Of a DNA stretch of 64,000 nt, positions 8,609 through 17,902 are shown in pieces. The position numbers and the translations under genes were made by a program. Position 1 is the stretch's first letter. Each line of letters begins with the position of its first letter. The DNA lies in assembly GCA_963790205.1 (NCBI GenBank), contig CAWBNQ010000010.1, positions 93,948 through 157,947 of the forward strand, read 5' to 3'. The notes under the pieces were generated by a model. The model was not told where the DNA came from and searched no databases. It saw only the letters and a list, made by a program, of their open reading frames with translations. The stretch is from Nitrospirota bacterium (GTDB lineage Bacteria > Nitrospirota > UBA9217).

Positions 8609-9984
8609 CACATCTGTCCAAAATAGATTTTGAATAATTGAAGGGGAAGCCTCACTTCAGGTATAGTAGGTTTGTCGAGGACCTAACTTTACTGAAGGAG
8701 GACATCCCCGTGAACAAGTTTAGCAGTATCTTCGGACAGATTCTACAGATATTTTCGCACCAGGAGTTTTATCGTGCGGTGCGGGAGACACAGGCAGAGA
8801 AAGGCGTAAAAGGATTTGGTTGCTGGGGCCAGTTCGTGGCCATGCTATTCTGTCAGCTGGGACAAGCGCATTCGCTTCGAGAGATCTGCGGCGGATTGGC
8901 TACCTGCTTCGGCAAGCTCAAACATCTCGGGATAGATGCTGCTCCCAAGCGTTCCACCTTGGCGTATGCCAACGCGCATCGGCCATGGCAATTGTATCAG
9001 AAGGTTTTTTATCAGTTGTTGGCAAAGTGCCGAGTCCTGGCGCACGGAAAGAAGCCGTTCCGGTTTAAGAACAAGCTGTTCAGCCTCGATGCGACACTGA
9101 TCGAACTCTGTGTGACCCTGTTTGACTGGGCAAAATACCGGCAGACAAAAGGAGCGGTCAAGCTTCACCTGTTATTGGATCATGAGGGATATCTTCCGGT
9201 TTTCGCTACGATGACTGAAGGGAATGTGCACGAAGTAAACATCGCGCACACGCTGAAGTTCCCCAAGGGTTCCATTTTGGCGATTGACCGCGGATATGTC
9301 GATTATGAACAATTCGCACGCTGGACGGAGACCGGGATATTCTTCGTAACGAAAGAGAAGGATAATGCCGCCTTCCGGATCATCGAAAGACGAGAGGTGC
9401 CCGAGAATCGGAACATCATCAAAGACCAGCTCATTGAGCTGACGGGCTACGAATCGATCAAGAAGTGCCCGCATACGTTGCGACGGGTAGAGGTCTGGGA
9501 CGCAGAAAATGAACGTATTATCGTTCTGTGGACGAACCATCTCACCTTTGGCGCGACGACCATAGCGAGCATTTACAAGGACCGCTGGCAGATTGAGGTA
9601 TTTTTCAAGACGATCAAGCAGAATCTGAAGATCAAAACATTCGTTGGGACGAGTCGGAACGCTTTATTGGTACAGATTTGGACAGCATTAATCGCTATCC
9701 TGGTGTTGAAGTACTTGAAGTTCCGATCCACACTCGGATGGTCGTTGTCGAATCTGGTTGCCATGCTTCGTTATAATCTCTTCACCTATAGGGATTTATG
9801 GACATGGTTGGATAATCCATTTGAAACGCCGCCTATTGTGCCATTTGCGGAGCAACTGGTAATGAGTTATCGGTAATTGGACAGCAGAATAAGGAACCTG
9901 AATCCGAGATGATGGATTTGTCTGTCTAAAAGCATTGATTGGCGGGGTGTGGATCAGGAAATTAGATTATCTTGGACAGCAATG
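8609..9984 (+). mobile_element. IS4-family insertion sequence, 1376 bp
   Basis: Terminal IRs CACATCTGTCCAAAATA / TATCTTGGACAGCAATG (13/17); perfect 9-bp target duplication GTATGAAGT at 8600..8608 and 9985..9993. Confidence 0.93.
8710..9876 (+). CDS. IS4-family DDE transposase (DUF4372-type N-terminus)
   Basis: SLDAT, IDRGY, YKDRWQIEVFFKTIKQ (YREK-like motif); GTG start after AAGGAGG. Confidence 0.93.
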   Translation: MNKFSSIFGQILQIFSHQEFYRAVRETQAEKGVKGFGCWGQFVAMLFCQLGQAHSLREICGGLATCFGKLKHLGIDAAPKRSTLAYANAHRPWQLYQKVFYQLLAKCRVLAHGKKPFRFKNKLFSLDATLIELCVTLFDWAKYRQTKGAVKLHLLLDHEGYLPVFATMTEGNVHEVNIAHTLKFPKGSILAIDRGYVDYEQFARWTETGIFFVTKEKDNAAFRIIERREVPENRNIIKDQLIELTGYESIKKCPHTLRRVEVWDAENERIIVLWTNHLTFGATTIASIYKDRWQIEVFFKTIKQNLKIKTFVGTSRNALLVQIWTALIAILVLKYLKFRSTLGWSLSNLVAMLRYNLFTYRDLWTWLDNPFETPPIVPFAEQLVMSYR

Positions 9985-10187
9985 GTATGAAGTAAACAAT
10001 GGAAGGCCACTGCAATGGGAAAACGGGCGGGACCGGCATCGCAACGCGCAGACCTGCTTCCCATTCCGGCCTTGCCCTCACCCGTCCGCTGACAGGCATC
10101 GTTGCAGTCCTTTGTTTCAAAATTGCGGTTACTGCGATGGAACATTCAGTGAACTTGTCAGATTCGGAACGATTTCGTGAACGACGT

Positions 10188-11819
10188 ATGAAAAAAAAGG
10201 CCTTCATTTTGATCATGGCAGCAGCGCTCCTTGCGGGTTACGCCGGGAAAGCGCAATCAGGGACCGAACAACCTGCCGAACTCGACAGGAAGATCGCGGA
10301 TCTTGCCGCGCAGATCGCTGCATTGCCCGCTCTGGCGCGAGGCGGCAAGATCGCCGTGTTTCCCATTTTAGAGCGACAGGACGGCGCTATGGACCCTTTT
10401 GGAATGTATGTCTCCAGGCGCATTATCGCACGCCTCGAAACGAGGGGCAGATTCGCCGTGGTGGAGAGCGGCCTGCTCATCAAGCTGCTCGATGAGCGCA
10501 AGGTCGGAATGCCCGGCGTGATGGATGATGATGCGGCGCGGAAAGCGGGTAAAGCCCTTGGCGTCGTGACCGCCGTGACAGGCGCCTACGCCTGTTCCGA
10601 TTCGCGCGTCAGGATCAGCGTTCGGGTCCTTTCCGCGGAGGGCGGGCCGGGTATCGCAACGATCGAGACGATCATCAGCAGGACCAGGGAAGTGGATCAG
10701 CTTTTGGCCGTGAAGGGGCCGATCGAACGCCGCTTAGAGCAACCTTCAGCGCAGAAAGAAACAATCAAAGGCGCTACGATGGTCCCCGTCTCGCTCGGGG
10801 ATGGGAGCTTTTCGACCGTGACCGGCATCCTGCCTCCCAAGTACCGGGGCTGCACCGTCCCTCTGCTCGATCAAAAACCCGCCGGCATTGTCCGCGAGCC
10901 CGACTACCGGGGATCGATTCGAAAGTACGGAACCATGAAGCTGGGCACCACCGGGAAGAACACCTTCCTGTTCGCCCTCGACATAACTCCCGGCGGATAC
11001 GCGGCGCTCTATTTCGATAAGAACCAGAACGGCGATCTCGCCGACGACGGGCCGATCGCGAACCAGGGGAAGAGCGGGACCTACTTTGCAGGCGCGCTGA
11101 CCTTGCCCTTCAGCAGCATCATGGACAAGGTGAACTTTTCTGAGTACCGCGGATGGTTTTGGGTCGATGCGGTGTCGTGGAGCCGGAATCGCATGTGCTA
11201 CTTCAGTACTACGCAGCTCAAAGGCGAGGCGACCATCGAGAGCATGCCTTACCTGGTCTACGTCGTCGATTCCCGCGAGAACGATGCCGATTATACGAAC
11301 GATGGGATATACATCGATTTGAACCAGGACAAAAGGATCGACGTTAAGACCGAGTATGTTCCGCCGGACGGCGCGGCAGTTATCAACGGCAAGAATTACT
11401 CCTTCAGGATATCCAGGGAAGCGGGGAGCAGGCGAGTGCTCTTCCAGGACCCGGCCGTCGGCCCGGGAGATGCGGCAAAAATCTTGAAAGTCACCCTTGT
11501 TCACGAGACCGAGCAGTGTCTCGTGCTTGATGTCGAATATTACCTGTCCGAAAAATTCCCGGGGAGAGCCATCGTCGGCGTCTATCCCGATATGCCGTAT
11601 TGGACCGTTGACGCCACACGGGCGTATCCGGGCAGGCATACGGTCAGCATCAAGGTGGACCTGCATTTTGACGCCAAGGGAAAAATGAAGACGGTGAAAT
11701 CCTCGACCCTGAGGTTTCAGATCGACGAGTACCAGGATTACAGTTATAAAGGCGAGATCTTTCGAAGGATCGTGCCGTTTGAGAAGCAGTGGAAAAGGCT
11801 TTCGGGAAACCTTCTGTGA
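10188..11819 (+). CDS. Exported protein with N-terminal FlgO/CsgG-like domain and uncharacterised C-terminal domains
   Basis: Signal peptide MKKKAFILIM...AQS; KIAVFP...FAVVES...AGKALGV..AVTGAY pattern; DxNxDG-like motifs (FDKNQNGDL, IDLNQDKRI). Confidence 0.65.
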   Translation: MKKKAFILIMAAALLAGYAGKAQSGTEQPAELDRKIADLAAQIAALPALARGGKIAVFPILERQDGAMDPFGMYVSRRIIARLETRGRFAVVESGLLIKLLDERKVGMPGVMDDDAARKAGKALGVVTAVTGAYACSDSRVRISVRVLSAEGGPGIATIETIISRTREVDQLLAVKGPIERRLEQPSAQKETIKGATMVPVSLGDGSFSTVTGILPPKYRGCTVPLLDQKPAGIVREPDYRGSIRKYGTMKLGTTGKNTFLFALDITPGGYAALYFDKNQNGDLADDGPIANQGKSGTYFAGALTLPFSSIMDKVNFSEYRGWFWVDAVSWSRNRMCYFSTTQLKGEATIESMPYLVYVVDSRENDADYTNDGIYIDLNQDKRIDVKTEYVPPDGAAVINGKNYSFRISREAGSRRVLFQDPAVGPGDAAKILKVTLVHETEQCLVLDVEYYLSEKFPGRAIVGVYPDMPYWTVDATRAYPGRHTVSIKVDLHFDAKGKMKTVKSSTLRFQIDEYQDYSYKGEIFRRIVPFEKQWKRLSGNLL

Positions 11820-11888
11820 CGTTGTTTCTCATCATGTTTTTTGCATCAACCTTGCTGTAACTCCCCCTTCACCCGCCTCCGGGGGAGA

Positions 11889-12030
11889 GGAGAATAGTCA
11901 CGTGTCGCGCCATGTCCTCTTTTCCCCCTTGGGGAGAAGACCGGAGTGAGGGGGAGAGGAGGTTTTCTCTTGGCAGCAACGTACCCCGCAAAAGACATTA
12001 CCGTGCTCGAAGGGCTGGAGCCGGTCCGCA
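11889..12030 (+). repeat. Inverted diverged copy of the topoisomerase B gene leader and first 20 codons (partner 14030..14169)
   Basis: Matches the reverse complement of 14030..14169, including the AGGAGG RBS and TTG start; encodes LAATYPAKDITVLEGLEPVR. Confidence 0.93.
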
Positions 12031-12074
12031 GCGCCGTGAAATGGATCACCGGACTGTAGCCGTGATCGTGAAAA
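12030..12074 (+). repeat. 45-bp direct repeat copy 2 (3' end of the large envelope gene)
   Basis: 44/45 identical to 8512..8556. Confidence 0.95.
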
Positions 12075-12075
12075 G

Positions 12076-12102
12076 AAAAGACAGGCCAGCGGGCCTGCCT
12101 TT
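12076..12102. terminator. Possible bidirectional intrinsic terminator
   Basis: AAAAGACAGGCC-AGCG-GGCCTGCCTTT hairpin between convergent transcription units. Confidence 0.4.
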
Positions 12103-12194
12103 ATGACGTTCCGTCCGTTTTCCTTCCTTAGTCCGTTCCGTACCATGAATCAAGCGGGCCCCCCTGGTTCAGGGCCAGCCGCGCTCCGCACGGA

Positions 12195-14090
12195 TCAGAT
12201 ATCCAACTCCGCGAACTCCGCCCGTTCCTTGATGAACGAGAACCGGGCCTTGGGGTCCTTGCCCATAAGCCGCTCGAACACATCGCCCGTGGCCTTATGG
12301 TCCACGACCTGCACTTTCATGAGCGACCGGGTCCTGGGATTCATGGTGGTCTCCTTGAGCGTTTCGGGGTTCATTTCGCCGAGGCCCTTAAAACGCCCAA
12401 CCTCGTATTTTCTGCCGTTCAACTTCGCCAGGATCTTCTCTTTTTCCATCTCATCCATTGCGTAAAATACTTCTTTCCCTGCCTCGATCTTGTACAGCGG
12501 CGGCATGGCCAGGTGTACATGCCCTTTGTTGATCAGCTCCGGCATGTACCGGTAGATAAAGGTGAGAAGCAGCACGCTGATGTGCGCGCCGTCCACGTCC
12601 GCGTCGGTCATCAGGATCACGCGGTTATAGCGGAGCTTGTTGAGGTCGAAGTGCGCGCCCACGCCGCAGCCGAGCGTGGCCAGGAGGTTCTTGATCTCGT
12701 TGTTCGCCTGGATCTTCTCGAGGGAAGCCACCTGTTCCACGTTCAGGATCTTCCCACGGAGCGAGAGCACGGCCTGGGTCTTCCGGTCCCGGGCCATCTT
12801 TGCCGAACCGCCCGCCGAGTCGCCTTCAACGATGAAGAGCTCGGTGTCTTCCACCTTGTTCGAGGAGCAGTCCGCAAGCTTGCCCGGCAGGTTCAGCTTC
12901 AGGGACGACAGCTTCCTCGTCACGTTCTCCTTGGCCGCGCGGGAGGCGAGCCGCGCCTCCGCGGCCAGAAGCACGCGTTTCACGACCGCTTCGGACATGG
13001 TGGGGTTCGCGAGCAAATAGGCCTCGCAGGCGTTCTTGACCGAAGCCTCGATGGGAGACGAGATCTCGGGGTTATTGAGCTTCTCCTTGGTCTGGCCCTG
13101 GAACTGGGGGTTCTTCACGAGCACGCTCACGATGCCGTAGAGCCCTTCGTACACGTCCTCGGGCGCGATGGCCTTGATGTTCTTGGGGACCAGGTTCTTG
13201 CGCTCGGCATAGGCGCGGACGGCCTTGGTAAGCCCTCCCCTGACCGCAAGCTCGTGCGTGCCGCCGTCGGAAGTGTTGATGGAGTTTGCGTAGGAGTGGA
13301 TCTCGGTGTCCGTCGCGAGGGTCCAGTGCATTGCGCACTCGATCTTGAAATCGTCCTCTTTCTCGAAATAAAAGGGATCGGGATTGACGACCGTCGTGCC
13401 CGAGACGATCCGCTTGATGTAGTCCTGGATGCCGTTGTCGTACTTGAACGCGATCGGCTTCTCCCCGTCGCGGGGGTTCTCGATCGTGATCTTGAGGCCC
13501 TTGTTCAGAAAGGCCTTGCTCTCGGAGACATCGAGGATGTTCTTGTAATTGAAGCCTGTCTTTGAGAAGATGTCCGGGTCGGGCCGAAAATAGATCTGCG
13601 TGCCGTGCGCCTTGGTCGGCTTGCCCTTTTTGAGGTTCCCCTTGGGTTTGCCGCGCGAGAATTCCTGGGTCCACTCGTAGCCGTCGCGCCAGACCGTGGC
13701 AATGAAGACCTCTGAAAGGGCATTCACCACCGAAGCGCCCACGCCGTGGAGCCCTCCGGAAGACTTATACGCCGTATGGTCGAACTTCCCCCCGGCGTGC
13801 AGGGTGCAGAGGATCGTCTCGATGGCGGGCCGCTTTGTTTTCGGGTGGATGTCAACAGGGATACCGCGGCCGTTATCGATCACCGTTACGCCGCCGTCTT
13901 TTTCAAGCCTGAGGGTTATGGCCGTGCAATATCCGTTGAGCGCCTCGTCCACGGCGTTATCGAGGGTCTCCCATACAAGGTGGTGAAGTCCGCGCACGTC
14001 CGTCGAGCCGATGTACATGGCCGGCCGCTTGCGGACCGGCTCCAGCCCTTCGAGCACGGTAATGTCTTTTGCGGTATACGTTGCTGCCAA
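12195..14090 (-). CDS. Type IIA DNA topoisomerase subunit B (GyrB/ParE family, probably ParE)
   Basis: LEGLEPVRKRPAMYIG, GLHGVGASVVNALS, VEGDSAGGSAK, MTDADVDG, RFKGLGEMN; TTG start after AGGAGG. Confidence 0.93.
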   Translation of the reverse strand: MAATYTAKDITVLEGLEPVRKRPAMYIGSTDVRGLHHLVWETLDNAVDEALNGYCTAITLRLEKDGGVTVIDNGRGIPVDIHPKTKRPAIETILCTLHAGGKFDHTAYKSSGGLHGVGASVVNALSEVFIATVWRDGYEWTQEFSRGKPKGNLKKGKPTKAHGTQIYFRPDPDIFSKTGFNYKNILDVSESKAFLNKGLKITIENPRDGEKPIAFKYDNGIQDYIKRIVSGTTVVNPDPFYFEKEDDFKIECAMHWTLATDTEIHSYANSINTSDGGTHELAVRGGLTKAVRAYAERKNLVPKNIKAIAPEDVYEGLYGIVSVLVKNPQFQGQTKEKLNNPEISSPIEASVKNACEAYLLANPTMSEAVVKRVLLAAEARLASRAAKENVTRKLSSLKLNLPGKLADCSSNKVEDTELFIVEGDSAGGSAKMARDRKTQAVLSLRGKILNVEQVASLEKIQANNEIKNLLATLGCGVGAHFDLNKLRYNRVILMTDADVDGAHISVLLLTFIYRYMPELINKGHVHLAMPPLYKIEAGKEVFYAMDEMEKEKILAKLNGRKYEVGRFKGLGEMNPETLKETTMNPRTRSLMKVQVVDHKATGDVFERLMGKDPKARFSFIKERAEFAELDI

Positions 14091-14293
14091 AAGAAAACCT
14101 CCTGTCCCCCTCATTCCGGTCTTCTCCCGGGAAGAAAAGAGGAAACGGCGCTACACGTGATTATTTTCCCTTTCCTCTTGGGGAGAGGTCAGGCGAGGAG
14201 GGGTTGTCGATAGGGACCCTTATCGGTGCAGATTATAAATCATGAGGAACGATAAAGCAATATGAAGTTTTTGCAACGGATTACCCTGCATAT

Positions 14294-14346
14294 TATTGAT
14301 GCCAAGGGACATTTCTATTTTGGCTTGCCATATTGATGCCAAGGGA
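14294..14346. repeat. 16-bp perfect direct repeat in a divergent promoter region
   Basis: TATTGATGCCAAGGGA at 14294..14309 and 14331..14346. Confidence 0.8.
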
Positions 14347-14398
14347 TTGATTTCCGGCAAAACTTCGGTTACACTTTAGTAAGTATGAGGAAGCGTAC

Positions 14399-16157
14399 GT
14401 GGACGATATCAAAAAGAAAAAAGAGCAATTGGTCGCCGAGGTAAGGACCCTCCGGAGGCGTGCCGCCGAACTCGAGAGCGCAGCCGCCGGGCATGCTGGC
14501 GCCGCGACGCCGTGCGAAAGCGAGCAGCGCTACCGCCATCTGTTCGACGCGGCGCGGGACGGCATCGTGCTGGTGGAGGCTGATACCGGCTATATCATCG
14601 ACATCAACCCCTCCTTCCTCGCCATGGCCGGCTATACGCGTAACGAACTGATGGGGAGTAAACTCTGGCAAATCGAGCCGTTTCAGAACACCGATGCTAT
14701 CCAGGTCATGTTCAAGGAACTTCGGAACCAGGACCATATTTATTATGACGACCTGCCTCTGGATACAAGGAAGGGGAGCCGCATTCCCGTGGAGATCGTC
14801 GGGAGCGCGCACACGATCGGAGACCGGAAAATTCTGCAATACACCATCCGCGACATCGGCAAGCGCAAGGCGATGGAAGAGGAGTTGTGGAAAACCGAGT
14901 CGCGGTTCAGGATCCTCTTCCAAAAAGCCGCGATCGGAATCGCCATGGTCGACGCGGTGGGTGTCATCATTGAGTGTAATCCGGCGCTTGAGAAGATGCT
15001 CGGTTACAACGAAAAGGAGATGACCGGCAGGCACTTCACCGATTTCACCCACAAGGAAGACCTGCAGTCGGATACCGCGTGGTTCGAGGAGCTGCTCGCG
15101 CAGAAACGCGACAACTACCAGATGGCGATTCGCTGCCTGAGAAAAGACGGGGCCGTTGCCTGGGGGCTGCTCGCCGTCTCCCTGATCCGCAACAATAAAA
15201 ACGAGCCCCTGTACGCCATCCGCATGATCGAGGACATCACCGACCGCAAACGGGCCGAGGAGGTCCGTCATCAAATCGCGCCATTTCTACCTGTCACTCA
15301 TCGACGAGCTGCCGAACCCCATCCGGCGCACCGACGTCGATGCGCAGGCCGATTACTTCAACAAGGCCTGGCTCGAATTCACCGGGCGGTCCCTCAGCCA
15401 GGAAATCGGAAACGCATGGGGCGAGGGGGTCCATGCCGAAGACCGCGACCGGCTCATGAAGACCCATTCCGACTCTTTCGAACATCGTGCTCCGTACGTG
15501 ACGGAATACAGGCTCCGGGACCGCAACGGCGAGTACCGCTGGATGGTGGAATACGGGAGACCGATCAAGGACCTCGACGGAAGTTTCAGCGGCTATATCA
15601 GCTCGTGCTATGATGTGCAGGACCGGAAGACCTTCGAAGAGAAGCTCCATTCCCTCTCTATGACCGATGATCTCACCGGCCTCCTGAATCGGCGCGGTTT
15701 TTTCTCCCTCGCCCAGCAGCAGCTCAAGGTGGCGAACCGGACCAAAAGAGGGTTCCTCCTCCTCTATGTGGACCTCGACGGGCTGAAAAAGATCAATGAT
15801 ACGCTCGGCCATCCCGAAGGCGATCAGGCGCTGGTCGAGACCGCGTCCATCCTCAGGGAAATATTCCGTGAATCGGACATCATCGGCCGCCTCGGCGGGG
15901 ACGAATTCGCGGTCCTCGCGCTGGAACGAACAAGAGACGTCAAAGAGGAGGAGCGGGCGATCCTCAGGCGCATACAGGAAGGCGTTGAGGGCAGGAATGC
16001 GCTGCCGGACCGTCGCCGCACCCTGTCGCTCAGCGCGGGGATAAACACCTACGATCCGGAAAGGCCCTGCTCCCTCGACGAGTTTATCTCGCACGTGGAT
16101 TCCATCATGTACGAGGAAAAGAAATCAAAGTACCGGTCTCAGAAACGGGGCCCATGA
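14399..16157 (+). pseudogene. PAS-PAS-PAS-GGDEF diguanylate cyclase with a +1 frameshift near 15263
   Basis: Two PAS domains in 14399..15262. Removing one G restores SVIKSRHFYLSLIDELPNPI...YFNKAWLEFTG into the third PAS and GGDEF (RESD..GRLGGDEF). Confidence 0.85.
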
Positions 16158-16300
16158 CCCTCTTTCGCAATCCGGGAGGAGTTCCCGTCTCTGTTCCAAA
16201 ATATCCCGCGCTGTTCCCTTCATGCCGTACCCGGAAATCCAGTCCCTTCCTTCCTCCCGAAGTACCTCGCGGTTTTATCTGCCGAATTACAACAGCGTGT

Positions 16301-17488
16301 TCAGAACATCGGCGTGGGCACCGCCCCCCACCCGCTTCCGTGCGGAAGATCTTGAATGTCCAGAAGCCGGAGGTTGTGCACGTCCACGTCGACCATGAAC
16401 TGCGGCACGCGCAGGGCATTGATCGAGAAGCGGCCTGACGGAGTATTCACCTCCGCACCCTCCAGGGAAATGAAGATCAGCCGCCTGACCGCTCCGTCTC
16501 CCGGCACTGCGCCGGCATCGTGAGGTACCATGCCGTGCAGGGCGTGATGCCCCCCGCGCAAATGCCCGAAAGGGTTGAAGACCCAGTCCGCGATCATGCC
16601 GATCGTACGGTGCTGCTCAAAGAGTTTCCAGTCCCCTCCGGTGTCGGCGATCATGCCCTGCATGACATAGTCCCGGGGGATAAAGTAGACGAGATACCGT
16701 TTATTCTCCTGCATTCGTTCACGCACTTCCTTCATCTCCAGGATACCGGCCATACGGTGGTCCATCTTGAATCCGTCCTCCGGCAGGATGGCCAGGGCCG
16801 TTACGTTTTTTGCGTTTGTCCAGAGGGTGAGGTGATGGACCGTGTACGCCCTGAGGAGAAACGCCCCGGCGATGACAACACCGGTAAAAACAAGAAAGAG
16901 CAGGGCCTTCCCGAAACGCGATGACGGGACCAGCGTTTGCTCGATCCCTTTCAGCAGGAACATACCCGTTCTGTTCATATAAGCCTGATACGTCTCAGCG
17001 TGCGCCTTGAGCATGCGCCGCTCTTCGTCTTTAGCCAGGAAATAATAGACGAGCGCCATGAGAAGCCACAGTACGATGGTCAAGAACCTCGGCCAGAGTA
17101 CGGCGAGGCCCAGACCCGCGGTCTCGAGCGCGAGATATTGAGGGTGCCGGATTCGGGAATAGAGGCCCGAAAGTACAGCTCCCCTTTTCCTGAATTTGGC
17201 GGTATATATTTGGCCGGCGCAGATAAGGAAGATCGTCATGCCCAGGACGAACAGAATTGATCCCATGATCCGCACGGACTGAAGGAACGGGTCCTGCGGC
17301 AGGACCAGGTGAGGCAGGAAAAAAGCGCTGAGCCATCTCGTTGTGGAATTGCCTGCGAGCGTGAGCAGCACGGGGTTGAAGACCGAGTAGAAGAACCCTG
17401 CAAAGGGGCTGATCATGATGAGCACTTCAAAGGCAATGATAAAGTAAAGAACAAGCGCGCTCCCGAGGAGCGTCTTCTTCGTATTCAT
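16301..17488 (-). CDS. Isoprenylcysteine carboxylmethyltransferase/PEMT-family membrane protein with extra C-terminal domain
   Basis: GLYSRIRHPQYL...EERRM...YQAYMNRT motif; several TM helices; GGAGG RBS before MNTKK. Confidence 0.8.
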   Translation of the reverse strand: MNTKKTLLGSALVLYFIIAFEVLIMISPFAGFFYSVFNPVLLTLAGNSTTRWLSAFFLPHLVLPQDPFLQSVRIMGSILFVLGMTIFLICAGQIYTAKFRKRGAVLSGLYSRIRHPQYLALETAGLGLAVLWPRFLTIVLWLLMALVYYFLAKDEERRMLKAHAETYQAYMNRTGMFLLKGIEQTLVPSSRFGKALLFLVFTGVVIAGAFLLRAYTVHHLTLWTNAKNVTALAILPEDGFKMDHRMAGILEMKEVRERMQENKRYLVYFIPRDYVMQGMIADTGGDWKLFEQHRTIGMIADWVFNPFGHLRGGHHALHGMVPHDAGAVPGDGAVRRLIFISLEGAEVNTPSGRFSINALRVPQFMVDVDVHNLRLLDIQDLPHGSGWGAVPTPMF

Positions 17489-17534
17489 AGGCACCTCCCT
17501 TACAAGTATAACGCATAAAAACAACCACTCTCGC

Positions 17535-17677
17535 CGTCGTACCCTTGCGGGGAGCGAAGCGGTCCTGAGCGCAGCGAAGGACCTCGGCGCATATTCCTCA
17601 CTGCGCTCGGGACAGGCTCCGCAATCTCAGCCTCAATAAACGAGATTGTCGCGCCCCCGCCGGGCGCCTGCAACGAC
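17535..17677. repeat. Nested palindromic REP-like intergenic element
   Basis: GTCCTGAGCGCAGCGAAGGA (17562..17581) pairs with TTCCTCACTGCGCTCGGGAC (17594..17613); CAATCTC pairs with GAGATTG; outer GTCGT..TTGCGGG pairs with CCTGCAACGAC. Confidence 0.65.
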
Positions 17678-17902
17678 CGCATAGTAATTATGCCATTATC
17701 GTGATTTTTGTGATGGGCACGGGAAGCAGGCTTGAGAGCAGGCGCCTTTATTGCTTCAAAATTGCCGGCCCTTTATGACGGGCATCATAGCTCTTCTGTT
17801 CCCAACGCGAATATAGTATAGTATTGGAACGTCACAAAGGACTCGCCGGTCACTGCTGCGCCTGACCGCGCGTATACTATCAAACCTGTACAGGATGGTC
17901 CC

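Noticed and set aside
9999..10187. Upstream start for the FlgO-like gene
   Set aside because: The signal peptide begins at ATG 10188.
15264..15613. C-terminal 116 aa of ORF 14399..15613 as a real domain
   Set aside because: It is out-of-frame read-through after the frameshift.
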